A DNA stretch of 64,000 bases from Gammaproteobacteria bacterium (GCA_965238225.1 OZ250183.1:160001-224000); one strand, 5' to 3'. Shown: positions 41,720 through 53,489, counted from the stretch's first letter. The notes: a model not told the origin generated them from the letters alone. Program-made: numbers and translations.

Positions 41720-44287
41720 ATGGACCAGCATTACGATCCTGCAACTATAGAAACAGCCGCTCAGTTAAACTGGGAAAACACTCAGGCCTTTAAGGCTACA
41801 GAAGACGCTTCCAAAGAAAAATTCTATTGTCTGTCTATGTTTCCCTACCCCAGTGGCAAGCTGCATATGGGACATGTCAGAAATTACACCATCGGCGATG
41901 TCATCTCTCGTTATCAACGTATGCAAGGTAAAAATGTCATGCAGCCGATGGGATGGGATGCCTTTGGCTTACCCGCAGAAAATGCTGCGATTCAAAGTGG
42001 CATGCCCCCTGCTAAATGGACGCGTTTAAATATCGAATACATGAAAGCACAGTTACAACGCCTAGGTTTTGCCTATGACTGGGATCGTGAACTGGCCACC
42101 TGCGATCCGGATTATTATAAATGGGAACAATGGTTATTCACCCGCTTGGTGGATAAAGGTCTTGCTTATCGTAAACAAGCCACAGTGAACTGGGATCCTG
42201 TAGACCAAACTGTTCTGGCCAATGAACAAGTCATCAACGGCAAGGGTTGGCGCTCAGGGGCAATTGTAGAACAACGCAACATTGAACAATGGTTTCTTAG
42301 AATCACAGACTATGCACAGGAATTACTGGATGATCTGGATAAACTGCCGGGCTGGCCAGATCGTGTTCTGACACAACAGAGGAACTGGATTGGCCGTTCC
42401 GAAGGTGTACACATAGATTTTCAGCTTGAGGGTGCTACAGAAAAGATCGGTATCTATACCACGCGCCCTGATACATTAATGGGTGTCACCTATGTTGCTG
42501 TTGCAGCTGAACACCCGCTTAGCCTGCAAAAAGCCAAATCCGATGCAAAATTGGCAGCCTTCATAGAAGAATGCAAAAAGTGCGGTGTCACTGAGGCAGA
42601 AATGGAAACCATGGAAAAGAAAGGCCTTTCTCTGGATATCAATGTCATTCACCCAGTAAGCGGTGAATCTGTGCCGCTTTATGTCGCAAATTTCGTGCTC
42701 ATGAGCTATGGCACTGGTGCGGTGATGGCTGTTCCAGGTCATGATCAGCGTGATTGGGAATTCGCTGAAAAATATGGCATTAAGCGCAAACAAGTTATTT
42801 TTAGCATTGACGGCTCTGATTGTAGTATTGAAAAAGAGGCATACCTTGAAAAAGGTATACTAAAAAACTCTGAACCCTTTGATGGTCTAAGTTCAGAGGC
42901 AGCCTTTAATGCGGTAGCAGACTTGCTAAAAAAACAGGGTAAAGGCGAAAAACAAATTAACTACCGACTACGTGATTGGGGCGTTTCTAGGCAACGCTAT
43001 TGGGGCTGTCCCATTCCGATCATTATAGATGCACAGAATAATATAAAAACAGCTTCTGAATTTCCTATTCGTCTTCCTGAAGATATTGTTGTTAATGGTC
43101 AAGGTTCACCGCTTAAAAGAATACCGACGTTTTATAATCTTGATAATGGTGACACACGCGAAACAGATACCTTTGATACTTTTTTTGAATCTAGTTGGTA
43201 TTACGCTCGCTATTGCTGTCCTGATGCTACCGAGTCTATGCTTGATGAGCGAGCTAAATACTGGCTGCCCGTTGATCAATACATTGGCGGTATAGAACAC
43301 GCCATCTTACATTTACTTTATGCACGTTTTTTTAATAAGCTCATGAGGGACGAAGGGTTAATAGAAAATGACGAGCCTTTCAGCAAATTGCTGACACAAG
43401 GCATGGTAGTTGCTGAAACCTATTACCGCATTAATGACGATGGCTCTAAAGACTGGTTTAATCCGTCTGATGTAACGCTCAAACATGATGATAAAAGTGG
43501 CGCTACACGGGCGATATTACAGGCGGACGGGCATGAGGTATCCATTGGCAACATAGAAAAAATGTCCAAATCAAAAAATAACGGTATGGATCCACAGAGC
43601 CTTATCGATCGTTATGGTGCCGATACTGTTCGTCTTTACACTATGTTTGCCGCCCCGCCTGAACAGACGCTGGAATGGTCTGATGCCGGGGTTGAAGGCG
43701 CACACCGTTTTCTTAAAAGACTCTGGAAACTATCGCTTACGCACCTTCAGTCAAACAACATTCCTGAATTAAAAAAGGACGAATTGACAAATGCGCAACA
43801 AAAATTACGCCTTAAGATTCATACCACTATCAGCAAGGTAAATGATGATATTGGACGGCGCTATACATTTAATACCGCAATTGCTGCTGTCATGGAATTA
43901 AGCAATACCCTGTCTCAAGCAAAAGATAAATCTGATAATGACCGAGCTATCATGCATGAAGGCTTGGAAATATCTATTTTACTCTTATCTCCGATTGTTC
44001 CGCACATTACCGATGCCTTATGGCAAAAATTTGGACACACACAATCAGTGATAAATGCACCTTGGCCAAAGATTGACGCTGACGCACTTGTACAAAATGA
44101 ATTACAGCTTATAGTTCAGGTAAACGGTAAATTGCGGACAAAAATTACCGTTGCCACAGGAACGGACAATAAACAAATTGAAGAAACTGCCATTGCTGAT
44201 GAGAAGGTGCAAAGATTTATTGCTGGCAAAAAAATTCAAAAGGTTATTGTTGTGCCTAGACGGCTAGTGAATATTGTCGTTTCATAA
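41720..44287 (+). CDS. leuS: Leucyl-tRNA synthetase
   Basis: [13 protein letters not shown] (HIGH-like), YTTRPDT editing domain, KMSKSKNNG. Confidence 0.98.
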   Translation: MDQHYDPATIETAAQLNWENTQAFKATEDASKEKFYCLSMFPYPSGKLHMGHVRNYTIGDVISRYQRMQGKNVMQPMGWDAFGLPAENAAIQSGMPPAKWTRLNIEYMKAQLQRLGFAYDWDRELATCDPDYYKWEQWLFTRLVDKGLAYRKQATVNWDPVDQTVLANEQVINGKGWRSGAIVEQRNIEQWFLRITDYAQELLDDLDKLPGWPDRVLTQQRNWIGRSEGVHIDFQLEGATEKIGIYTTRPDTLMGVTYVAVAAEHPLSLQKAKSDAKLAAFIEECKKCGVTEAEMETMEKKGLSLDINVIHPVSGESVPLYVANFVLMSYGTGAVMAVPGHDQRDWEFAEKYGIKRKQVIFSIDGSDCSIEKEAYLEKGILKNSEPFDGLSSEAAFNAVADLLKKQGKGEKQINYRLRDWGVSRQRYWGCPIPIIIDAQNNIKTASEFPIRLPEDIVVNGQGSPLKRIPTFYNLDNGDTRETDTFDTFFESSWYYARYCCPDATESMLDERAKYWLPVDQYIGGIEHAILHLLYARFFNKLMRDEGLIENDEPFSKLLTQGMVVAETYYRINDDGSKDWFNPSDVTLKHDDKSGATRAILQADGHEVSIGNIEKMSKSKNNGMDPQSLIDRYGADTVRLYTMFAAPPEQTLEWSDAGVEGAHRFLKRLWKLSLTHLQSNNIPELKKDELTNAQQKLRLKIHTTISKVNDDIGRRYTFNTAIAAVMELSNTLSQAKDKSDNDRAIMHEGLEISILLLSPIVPHITDALWQKFGHTQSVINAPWPKIDADALVQNELQLIVQVNGKLRTKITVATGTDNKQIEETAIADEKVQRFIAGKKIQKVIVVPRRLVNIVVS

Positions 44288-44293
44288 TAAGCT

Positions 44294-44911
44294 ATGTCTG
44301 TGCACAAATTACCCTGTGCACAAAATTATATAGAATGCAGCCTGCAAATTTCTTATAAGAAAACACCATTAATGAAACCAGCAATAAAACCATTAAACAA
44401 GATTCTATTTGGGGGTGTATTTAGTAGAGTCGCTATCTTAAATCTTGTATTCCTATTGGCGTGGCTCAATGCCTGTGGTTTCCAACTCAAGGGTACGAAC
44501 CTGCAAGCACTACAAAACGCAAATATTTATGTTCAATCTTCAAATGCCAATATACTTGCTGCCGAGGTAAAACAGCAGTTATTAGGCACTGGTGTAAAAC
44601 TTATCAAAAATTCCTCAGGTGCAGATTATGTCGTCACCTTAAGCAATGAGTCTTTTGAAACAAGAGTTTTATCTGTCTCGGCAAGCTCTGGCAAGGCAAT
44701 AGAATACGAAATATCATATGCTGCCCAACTCAAAATTACCAAGCGAGATGATGAGAAAATAACTATACGTGCTCCTATTTCAGCATCACGTGATTTTTCA
44801 TTTCGTAATACTGTCTTGGGTAAAAACGAAGAAAAATCAATACTAAAAAAAGACATTGCCAAACAGGCAGCAGCAACTGTTCTGAGGCGGCTCAGGTTTG
44901 TCATTCAATAA
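44294..44911 (+). CDS. lptE: LPS assembly lipoprotein LptE
   Basis: Lipobox-like LNAC followed by GFQLKG; leuS-lptE-holA synteny. The true start is probably downstream of 44294. Confidence 0.85.
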   Translation: MSVHKLPCAQNYIECSLQISYKKTPLMKPAIKPLNKILFGGVFSRVAILNLVFLLAWLNACGFQLKGTNLQALQNANIYVQSSNANILAAEVKQQLLGTGVKLIKNSSGADYVVTLSNESFETRVLSVSASSGKAIEYEISYAAQLKITKRDDEKITIRAPISASRDFSFRNTVLGKNEEKSILKKDIAKQAAATVLRRLRFVIQ

Positions 44912-45942
44912 TGCAAGTGAGAATAGAACAATTACCTGACATAATTGACCGCAAAGGACTTTCCCCTGTTTACCTTATAAGCGGTGACGAGCCACTACAA
45001 CTCAACGAAGCCACGGATTTCATCCGCAGTAAAGCCAGAGAAGCAGGTATAGAAGAACGCATTGTTCTTGATGTCGCCGCCCACTTTGACTGGAACATAT
45101 TGATTGAAGAAAACGCAAAAATGTCGTTGTTTGCCAGTAGGCGGCTTATTGAATTACGCATGGGTGCAAACAAGCCAGGGCTCGGTGGCGCGAAGGTGCT
45201 TATTGAATACGCCGAACATCTGACAAACGAAAATGTTTTGTTAATCACCTGTAATAGTCTTAAAAAACAAGTTCAAAAAAGCAAGTGGTATAAATCTCTT
45301 GATAACATTGGTGTAACAGCGCAAGTATGGCCAATTGATGCAGAAAAATTACCAACATGGATTCAACAACGCATAAAAAAACTTGGCAAGAAAATTACGA
45401 CAGATGCAGCGCGGCTGATTGCTGATCATGTTGAAGGCAATATGCTCGCTGCCAATCAGGAAATTAACAAACTTTGTATACTTGTAGATAATAATGAAAT
45501 CACAATTGATGACGTTATCCCTGCTATCACTGATAGCGCGCGTTTTGATGTCTTCGGGCTTATTGAATGTGCTTATGCAAATGAACCAAAACGTATGTTT
45601 AGAATATTAGAAGGGCTTAAAAGTGAAGGCTTGGATCCGATGGCGATTTATGGTGCATTGATGTGGGATTATAGACGACTGTGCAGCATGGGCTATCATC
45701 TAAGCTGCGGTGTTATGCTGGATAAATTATTTGCCGAGTATAGAATTTGGGACAACAAACGCAAACAAGCCATTAAATCCATCTTACAAAGACATGACAT
45801 GAAAGAATTATATGCATTATTAAAGCAGGCGAATGCACTAGACAGAACAATAAAAAGCGCAGAAAAACATACGGCTTGGGATGCCATGTTGAGTTTATTG
45901 TTAGCTTTTTCAGGACATAATATAAATACTTTAAATGCGTAG
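44911..45942 (+). CDS. holA: DNA polymerase III delta subunit
   Basis: YLISGDEPLQ, MSLFASRRLIEL, EGNMLAANQEINKL. Confidence 0.93.
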   Translation: MQVRIEQLPDIIDRKGLSPVYLISGDEPLQLNEATDFIRSKAREAGIEERIVLDVAAHFDWNILIEENAKMSLFASRRLIELRMGANKPGLGGAKVLIEYAEHLTNENVLLITCNSLKKQVQKSKWYKSLDNIGVTAQVWPIDAEKLPTWIQQRIKKLGKKITTDAARLIADHVEGNMLAANQEINKLCILVDNNEITIDDVIPAITDSARFDVFGLIECAYANEPKRMFRILEGLKSEGLDPMAIYGALMWDYRRLCSMGYHLSCGVMLDKLFAEYRIWDNKRKQAIKSILQRHDMKELYALLKQANALDRTIKSAEKHTAWDAMLSLLLAFSGHNINTLNA

Positions 45943-45979
45943 CATAAAAATTAAACCTTCATAACCATACTTTAAGAGG

Positions 45980-47236
45980 ATGAATATTAAAGAATACATA
46001 CACGATGTAGGTAAACGAGCCAAAACAGCTTCTCGCATCATGGCGAAAACAGATACCGCTACAAAAAATAATGCGCTGGCAAAGATTGCCGACTTGATTA
46101 TTGAGTCGCAAACCGAACTGCTTGCAGCCAATGCGCTGGATATTGCAGCAGGCAAGGCCAATTGCTTGGATGATGCCCTGCTTGACCGACTGCAACTAAC
46201 CCAAGATCGGATAAAAGCCATGGCAGAAGGGCTGCGTCAGGTGGCTCAACTGCCTGATACTATTGGCAAGATTTCGCCCATGGAAGAAATGCCTTCTGGG
46301 ATAAAAGTCGGACGTATGCGCGTACCTCTGGGGGTTATCGGTATCATTTATGAATCACGCCCTAATGTCACTGTAGATGCTGCCGCGCTTTGTCTTAAAT
46401 CTGGTAATGCCACCATTTTACGCGGAGGCTCAGAAGCAGCCAATTCAAATCAGGCGATTGCTTCTGGCATCCAAAAAGGATTGCAAGCCTGTGGCTTACC
46501 TAAAGCGGCCGCACAGGTCATTGAAACAACGGATCGCGCTGCAGTCGGTGAGTTACTCAAGATGCCTGAATATATTGATGTCATTATCCCGCGCGGCGGC
46601 AAGGGTTTAATAGAACGCGTCAGCAAAGAGGCGCGTATGCCTGTAATTAAACATCTTGATGGTATCTGTCATGTCTATATTGATGATCATGCTGATATAG
46701 ACAAGGCAATAAAAATTGCTTACAACGCCAAAACCCAACGATATGGAACATGCAATACTATGGAATGTTTGCTGGTCGCAGAAGCTATTGCTGACCCTGT
46801 ATTAAAAAAACTTGCACCTATGTACAAAGAAGCTGGCGTGGAAATAAGAGGTTGTGACAAGTCAAAAAAAATCTTGCCTGAAATAAAACAAGCAACAGAT
46901 GAAGATTACCACACAGAATATCTAGCGCCTATTATGTCATTGCGTATTATTAGCGGACTGCAAGAAGCCATGGATCATATAGATAAATATGGATCGGATC
47001 ACACAGATGTAATTGTCACCGAAGATAAAAATAATGCAGACAGATTTCTCCGCGAGGTTGATTCTTCTTCGGTCATGGTGAACGCATCATCGCGCTTTGC
47101 AGATGGTTTCGAATATGGTCTAGGTGCTGAAATCGGCATCAGCACTGATAAATTTCATGCGCGCGGTCCTGTTGGCTTAGAAGGTTTAACCTCACAAAAA
47201 TATATAGTCCTTGGTGATGGTCATATTCGAGAATAA
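45980..47236 (+). CDS. proA: Gamma-glutamyl phosphate reductase
   Basis: [50 protein letters not shown]. Confidence 0.97.
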   Translation: MNIKEYIHDVGKRAKTASRIMAKTDTATKNNALAKIADLIIESQTELLAANALDIAAGKANCLDDALLDRLQLTQDRIKAMAEGLRQVAQLPDTIGKISPMEEMPSGIKVGRMRVPLGVIGIIYESRPNVTVDAAALCLKSGNATILRGGSEAANSNQAIASGIQKGLQACGLPKAAAQVIETTDRAAVGELLKMPEYIDVIIPRGGKGLIERVSKEARMPVIKHLDGICHVYIDDHADIDKAIKIAYNAKTQRYGTCNTMECLLVAEAIADPVLKKLAPMYKEAGVEIRGCDKSKKILPEIKQATDEDYHTEYLAPIMSLRIISGLQEAMDHIDKYGSDHTDVIVTEDKNNADRFLREVDSSSVMVNASSRFADGFEYGLGAEIGISTDKFHARGPVGLEGLTSQKYIVLGDGHIRE

Positions 47237-47257
47237 GAATTTATTAATCGTTAAATC

Positions 47258-47911
47258 ATGACTCAGCCTATTGGTATTTTGGGCGGTAGTTTTGATCCAG
47301 TACACAATGGACACTTGCACTTAGCGACAACATTTCTTAAACAGCTAAATCTTGCCGAGCTTCGCTTTATTCCTGTAAACAAACCAGCACATCGCACTTT
47401 ACCACTAGCATCTTCCAAACAACGATTAAAAATGCTAAAACTTGCCACAAAACACCATGCGGCTTTGAAGGTTGATGATTGTGAGCTACAAAGGCATGAA
47501 ATTTCATATACTATTGATATCTTGAAACTGCTGCGAAAGCGCATCGGCAACACACCGCTTTGTATAATCATCGGCATGGATAATTTCAAAACATTAAATA
47601 ACTGGCATAAATGGCAATCCATAATAGACTATGCGCATATCGCTATCGCCAATCGCCTAGGCAGTAGTAATGAAATAGATAATATTGAGGTAAGAAAATT
47701 TATGGATAGCTTTATCACAGAGTCTGTAGCAGACCTGCATAGTAAAGACTCAGGATGCATTATCAAACCGGATATTCCCATGCTTGATATCTCATCAACA
47801 CAAATAAAAAATAATTTTCAAACCGAATCAAACTCAAACGCAAAATCATTACTGCCCGATAAAGTATTAGACTTTATTCACACCCACCATTTATATAATA
47901 AGAAAATATGA
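47258..47911 (+). CDS. nadD: Nicotinate-nucleotide adenylyltransferase
   Basis: GGSFDPVHNGH, SYTIDIL, IIGMD, ISSTQI. Confidence 0.95.
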   Translation: MTQPIGILGGSFDPVHNGHLHLATTFLKQLNLAELRFIPVNKPAHRTLPLASSKQRLKMLKLATKHHAALKVDDCELQRHEISYTIDILKLLRKRIGNTPLCIIIGMDNFKTLNNWHKWQSIIDYAHIAIANRLGSSNEIDNIEVRKFMDSFITESVADLHSKDSGCIIKPDIPMLDISSTQIKNNFQTESNSNAKSLLPDKVLDFIHTHHLYNKKI

Positions 47912-48264
47912 AATTAGAAAAGCTCTCTGAATTAATTATAAAAACACTAAAAGACAACAAAGCCACGGATATTCATATGCTTGATATAAGAAACATCGCC
48001 TCGTTTGCTGATTTAATGATTATAGCCAGCGGCACTTCCAGAAAACAAGTCACGTCTATCGCTGAAAAACTCGTTGAAAAAACAAAAAAGAATAAGGTTC
48101 CGCCTTACGGCTTAGAAGGCAAGCAATACGGCGAATGGATATTGGTTGACCTTGGCGATATTATCGTACACATTATGCATCCAGAAACTCGCGCATATTA
48201 TAAGCTAGAAAAACTCTGGTCGTTCACAGATGATTCAAACACTACTAAAAAAGCTATTCATTAA
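47908..48264 (+). CDS. rsfS: Ribosome silencing factor RsfS (Iojap)
   Basis: IASGTS, WILVDLGDIIVHIM, RAYYKLEKLW. Confidence 0.95.
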   Translation: MKLEKLSELIIKTLKDNKATDIHMLDIRNIASFADLMIIASGTSRKQVTSIAEKLVEKTKKNKVPPYGLEGKQYGEWILVDLGDIIVHIMHPETRAYYKLEKLWSFTDDSNTTKKAIH

Positions 48265-48307
48265 TTCATTCACGGGAATTCATTAACAAGTTATCAGAGC
48301 GTTTGAT

Positions 48308-48901
48308 GTGAATACTTATAAAATAGAACCACACCACAGTCGGACTCGTGCGAGTCGCCTCGGCAGCATCCTTAATGCCACCGCTTGCCTTTTATCTTTG
48401 TCGTTTCTGGCTGGCTGTGCTCCGTCATGGGGCTGGACTAAAGATACCGTCTACATGCGCTGTGAAGATGGCGAGAAGCCCGCCATATTTGCCTACAGCG
48501 TCTCCGAGCAAGGCATTCAGTTCCCGGGGATGTCGGTCATGCTGCAACGCAACATCCCCAACTGGGTACAACAACTATGGGTGGCAGAAGATCAATTTTT
48601 GGTGATTTGGACTGGGCGGGCACTGCACTGTGATAATAGAGATGCAGATGGTCGTCTCAGCGCAGGATATTGCGAGGGTCATCGCGTGGTCACTGGATAC
48701 GAGATGATTAAATACGACCACGGACGCATGCGCCATTGGCATATGAAAGGCACTCGGCAGTTCACCGCCCAAGATATTAACTTCGAGCCAAACGAACAAG
48801 CGTACACCACCATAGCAGGGTGTGAACAACAATCTACCTTTACCCAACAGGCATTCGCCAACCTGCAATATTATTGGGCAGAGATACTACGACAATTTTA
48901 A
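48308..48901 (+). CDS. Hypothetical lipoprotein
   Basis: Hydrophobic stretch ending in lipobox LAGC; more G/C-ending codons than its neighbours; no family recognised; start uncertain. Confidence 0.6.
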   Translation: MNTYKIEPHHSRTRASRLGSILNATACLLSLSFLAGCAPSWGWTKDTVYMRCEDGEKPAIFAYSVSEQGIQFPGMSVMLQRNIPNWVQQLWVAEDQFLVIWTGRALHCDNRDADGRLSAGYCEGHRVVTGYEMIKYDHGRMRHWHMKGTRQFTAQDINFEPNEQAYTTIAGCEQQSTFTQQAFANLQYYWAEILRQF

Positions 48902-49011
48902 GCCAACAGTAATCATCAACCGCCGTATCCAAGTACACAACAAGGCTAGACTAAGGGTGTAGTGTTTGATGTGAATCTGATGAAATGGGCGTTATAATAA
49001 TAGACAACAAT

Positions 49012-49116
49012 AAAAAAGCCCCCGCTGGGAGGGCTTGGTCGCCTAAAGGCGTAGCCTACGAAATAACAATTTCATTGGTATGAAAAGCAAATCAATAAGC
49101 CTTAGTCGGTTACACT
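49012..49116 (-). ncRNA. tracrRNA (predicted)
   Basis: 49100-49116 matches 17 nt of the repeat exactly (21/22 over 49095-49116). On the minus strand this is followed by a wobble-paired anti-repeat extension, a cgcc-ttta-ggcg hairpin and a terminator aagccc...gggctttttt. Ends approximate. Confidence 0.8.
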
Positions 49117-49147
49117 TAAGGTACTGAGGTTACACTAAGGAACTGAT

Positions 49148-52100
49148 ATGAGCAAGAAAATTTTAGGTTTAGATTTAGGCAGCAATTCTTTAGGCTGGGC
49201 ATTGCTTGAAGAGACGAGCGGCGAAGCAAGCAAGATCATCGGCTTAGGCAGCCGTATATTTACCAAAGCGGTGCAGGATAAAACACCAACACCAAAAAAT
49301 GTAAAAAGAAGACAGAGCCGACTAGGCAGGCGCGTATTACAGCGGCGCGCCAGGCGTAAACAGCGGATGTTAAATTATTTAGTGCATTTAAATCTATTGC
49401 CTAATGAACTGCAAAGTCATACACAACCTGAGGTACTCTTAAATAAACTGGGCGACCCATACGAGCTTAGGGCTAAGGCCTTAGATTCAAAATTATCACC
49501 CCATGAATTTGGACGGGTGCTGTTACATTTTGTTGCACGACGTGGCTTTTTAAGCACCAAAAAACAATTAGCAGGTGATTTGGTAGACGACCCAGATACA
49601 ATTCCCTATTTAAACGAGTTAGATGACAAACCTGTAAAAGATAAAAAAGATAAAGAAGGCAAAGAAGAAGAATCATTCAAGGCGGATATAGCCAAGTTAA
49701 GAGAAGATATGATAAAGGCTAACGCAAGAACCCTAGGAGAATATTTATATCATCTTGCCAAAGGATCATGCAAAAGAAACCGCGGTCATGATGGCGGACA
49801 TCTTAGAACTGACAGGAAAATGTACCAAGACGAACTAGAGAAAATATGGCAGCAACAAAGCCAATATTTCTCACATCTGCCAGATGATTTCATGCCTGAA
49901 AAAGGCATTAAACAAGGCATTAAACAAATTATTTTTTACCAAAGACCACTGAAACTAAAAAAAGATAGAGTGGGGAAATGTTCCCTTGAACTAAAAAATA
50001 ACCGTGCAGCCATGGCAAGATTAGAAGCACAGCGTTTTCGTTATCTGCAAGATATAAATAATCTACAATATTTTGAAAGTGAAACAGAACAATGGATAAG
50101 TATAACTAAAGAAAATAAACAGAAGCTTATTCAATATTTTGAGCATAACGGAAAAATAAAACTAACTGAACTTAAAAAAATATTAGGCTTAAAAAGCAAA
50201 ACTAAATTTAATCTAGAAGCTAAAAACCTTAAAGGTAATATCACTGCCTGTGAGATTCGTACAATATTAGGCGAATCGTGGGATAATTTTTCTGATGAAC
50301 AACAAAAAGCACTGCTTGAAGATTTATTATCAATCAAGAAAAAATCAGCCCTTAAGAAAAGATTATGTACACACTGGAACCTTGATGTACACCAAGCGGT
50401 TCAATTATGTCTATTGGAATTTGAACCATCACACGCTAATCATTCGCTCAAAGCAATCAATAAACTATTACCTTACTTAGAACAGGGATTGATCTATAGT
50501 GATGCAAGAAAAAAAGCAGGCTATGATTATGAGGTAAAGGAAATTACCACACAAGAAAAACTAGGCGCACCTCCTGCAACATCCAATCCAATTGTTAATC
50601 GTGGATTACATGAATTAAAACGTGTTGTTAATGCTATTATAAAACAATACGGCAAGCCCGATACGATTCGTGTTGAAATGGCTAGAGACTTGGAGATGAA
50701 TACCAAGCGGTATAAAGAAAATGAAGCAAAACAAAATAAAAATAAAAAAGCCAATGAAAAGGCAGTAGATGCTTATAGAAGTTTGAACCTAGGTCAATAT
50801 CCAAGTCATGACGATAAAATAAAATATCGCCTATGGGAAGAACAAAGCCGCTTGTGTGCATACAGCACACAATCTATCTCGTTAAATGCTGTATTTACTG
50901 CTGAGGTTGAGATAGACCATATTCTTCCCTTTAAAATATCGCGCGATAATTCTTATATGAATAAGGTGCTGTGCTTTACAAAAGAAAATCGAAATAAAAA
51001 GGATAGAACACCTATAGATGCTTGGGGCGGTAACAAAGAAAAATGGAATCAAATAACTCATGCAATCAGTAAATGGAAAGGTCTAGACAGCAAAGTAAAA
51101 CGTTTTCGCCAAACCAAAGCAGACCTACAAAACCGTGATTTTACTTCATCGCAACTCAATGATACACGTTATATTGCCAGGCTTGCCTTGGAATATGTCA
51201 AGCAATTAGCTTGTGATGTTTCGGTAACCAAAGGCTATGTGGTTTCGCAAATTCGTCACCAATGGGGCTTAAATGACTTAATCGGTGAAACAGACAAGAA
51301 AGACCGTGCCGACCACAGACATCATGCCATAGATGCCGCTGTGATTGCTGCTACATCCAGAAGTCTGTATCAAAACGCAGTGGCGCAGATTCAGCGTGAC
51401 AAGCTCAAGATCACACCGCCATATCCTGATTTTAGAAATGAATTAGACGAACACATAAAACACCTGATTGTCTCTCATGCGCCACAACGTAAATTATCAG
51501 GCGGTCTTCATGAGGAAACAGGCGCAGACTTTATCCAAAAACATGGTGGTTTGGTATGCCGAGAAAATCTCTCACCTGAATTTACAAACACTAAAAAGAT
51601 TGTGGATGAAACAATAAAAGAATTGGTTCAAGCACACTTGGATGATTATGCAGGAGATCCGAAAAAGGCCTTTGCTGATGGCGTCACTGTGTATCACAAA
51701 GATGGCAAAACACCCATCAAACGAGTTCGAATATTACAATCTGAAGTTAAAGTCACCAAAAACAAAATAGCCGAAGATATTTTAAGCCAAAAGAAATTTG
51801 GGGTGAAAGATAAGTCTGGCAAGATATTCAGATGGATGTCGTATGGCAATACGCATCATGTTGAAATTATCAAGCATAAAGCAACAGGAAAATACAAAGG
51901 TGAATTTGTTACTATGATGGAAGCCCATAGACGTGCAATGACAGGCACAAAATCCGCAATAAAAAGAAGAATTATACGAGAAGATATTATTAAAATTGAC
52001 CATGGTGATGACTGGAAATTTATTATGGCTTTGCATATTAATGACTTGGTGAGTATTGAGAAAAATGACAACGAAAGAGAATTTTATAAAGTGCAAAAAC

Positions 52101-52283
52101 TAAAGAAAGATAACAATCAGAATACAGATTACACTGCATACAGATGCACATAAAGCAACAGAAATACCCAAGGACAAGAAGCTATTAAAATCTGTGACTA
52201 CACTAATGTCTGATCAGTATAAATTGAAAAAACATTGCATCAATGTCATAGGAATATTTACAGATGATCAAACGCATCATTGA
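49148..52283 (+). CDS. cas9: Type II-C Cas9. As assembled the frame stops at 52153; an apparent +1 frameshift near 52118 would extend it to 52283 (~1044 aa)
   Basis: RuvC-I GLDLGSNSLGWA, Arg-rich bridge helix, RuvC-II VEMARD, HNH IDHILP...NKVLC...N, RuvC-III HHAIDA. The shifted frame reads RIQITLHTDA...KKHCINVIGIFTDDQTHH* and overlaps the cas1 start. Confidence 0.93.
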
Positions 52284-53163
52284 TATTAGCGATGCTGCAT
52301 ACCTTCATTTAAAACACCAGCAATTATATATTGATAAGCAAAATGAAACGGTGGGACAAATCCCCATAGAAGACTTGGGCGTTTTAATATTACAGCACCC
52401 AGCGATTGTTTTTACACAACAGCTTATTATCGCCTGCCAAAAGAATAAGGTTGTTATAATTTTTTGTGATGAAAAACACTTACCTTACTCAGTCATTCTG
52501 CCTATTGCAGAATCCAATACCTTGCATAATAAAATTCTCAAACAACAATTGAACATCACCGAGCCTGTACGTAAAAGATTATGGAAACAAATTGTGCAAC
52601 AAAAAATTAAGCAACAAGCGATAACACTCTCATTACTGAATAAAAATGCAACGCGGTTAAATTATTTGATGAGACAAGTAAAAACGAATGATAACGGTAA
52701 CTGCGAAGCAGTTGCTGCACAAGCATATTGGAAATTATTATTTGGCAATAACTTCAGACGAAATATTAATATGGATGGAATCAACAGTCTGCTTAATTAT
52801 GGTTATTCTATTGTGCGCGCAATGATAGCCAGAAGCATATGCAGCGCTGGATTACATCCAACTTTAGGTTTGTTTCATAAAAATCAATACAACGCCTTGT
52901 GTTTGGCAGATGACCTAATGGAGCCATTTAGACCTTGGGTAGATTGGCATGTCTATCATATGGCTAAAAATCAGCAAACAGAAATTAATCAACAAAATAA
53001 ACAAACCCTGCTGGCATTATTAAATGCAACGGTTGTCTATGCTGATAAAAAAATGCCATTTACAGTGGCAACACATTATTTTATGGCTGATTTGAGGCGT
53101 TGTTATACAAAAGAGAAAAAAAGCTTGGTTTACCCCGAACTGGAAAAAAGAGCTTATATATGA
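52264..53163 (+). CDS. cas1: CRISPR-associated integrase Cas1 (type II)
   Basis: IPIEDLG, EAVAAQAYW, NSLLNYGYSIVR, GLFHKNQYNALCLADDLMEPFRP. Confidence 0.97.
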   Translation: MIKRIIDISDAAYLHLKHQQLYIDKQNETVGQIPIEDLGVLILQHPAIVFTQQLIIACQKNKVVIIFCDEKHLPYSVILPIAESNTLHNKILKQQLNITEPVRKRLWKQIVQQKIKQQAITLSLLNKNATRLNYLMRQVKTNDNGNCEAVAAQAYWKLLFGNNFRRNINMDGINSLLNYGYSIVRAMIARSICSAGLHPTLGLFHKNQYNALCLADDLMEPFRPWVDWHVYHMAKNQQTEINQQNKQTLLALLNATVVYADKKMPFTVATHYFMADLRRCYTKEKKSLVYPELEKRAYI

Positions 53164-53489
53164 CATTTGGTGGGCTGCAAACAATGTGGATCATCGTATT
53201 ATTTGATTTACCAACAGATACCAAAACAACTCGAAAAGAATATACTCGATTCAGAAAGTGTTTATTGCAAGATGGCTTTACAATGATGCAATATTCAGTA
53301 TATATGCGCCACAGCAGCAGCGATGAGAATGCACAGGTTCATGCAAACAGAGTAAAAGGACAGCTTCCTGATGATGGCGAAGTGCGTATCATCAAAATCA
53401 CCGACAAACAATTCGGAAAAATAGAGGTTTTTTATGGAAAAAAGCGCATACCAACAGAAACAGCACCCCTGCAACTTCAGTTTTTCTGA
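53160..53489 (+). CDS. cas2: CRISPR-associated Cas2
   Basis: MWIIVLFDLP, FRKCLLQDGFTMMQYSVY, ITDKQF; ATG overlaps the cas1 stop. Confidence 0.96.
   Translation: MTFGGLQTMWIIVLFDLPTDTKTTRKEYTRFRKCLLQDGFTMMQYSVYMRHSSSDENAQVHANRVKGQLPDDGEVRIIKITDKQFGKIEVFYGKKRIPTETAPLQLQFF

Noticed and set aside
48301-48313. 13-bp repeat as an integron attC core or Xer/dif site
   Set aside because: It does not fit GTTRRRY, has no inverse core, and resembles the XerD arm only loosely with no XerC arm.
49902-49925. 12-nt perfect tandem duplication in cas9 (GIKQGIKQ)
   Set aside because: In-frame slippage or a consensus artefact with no evident functional meaning.
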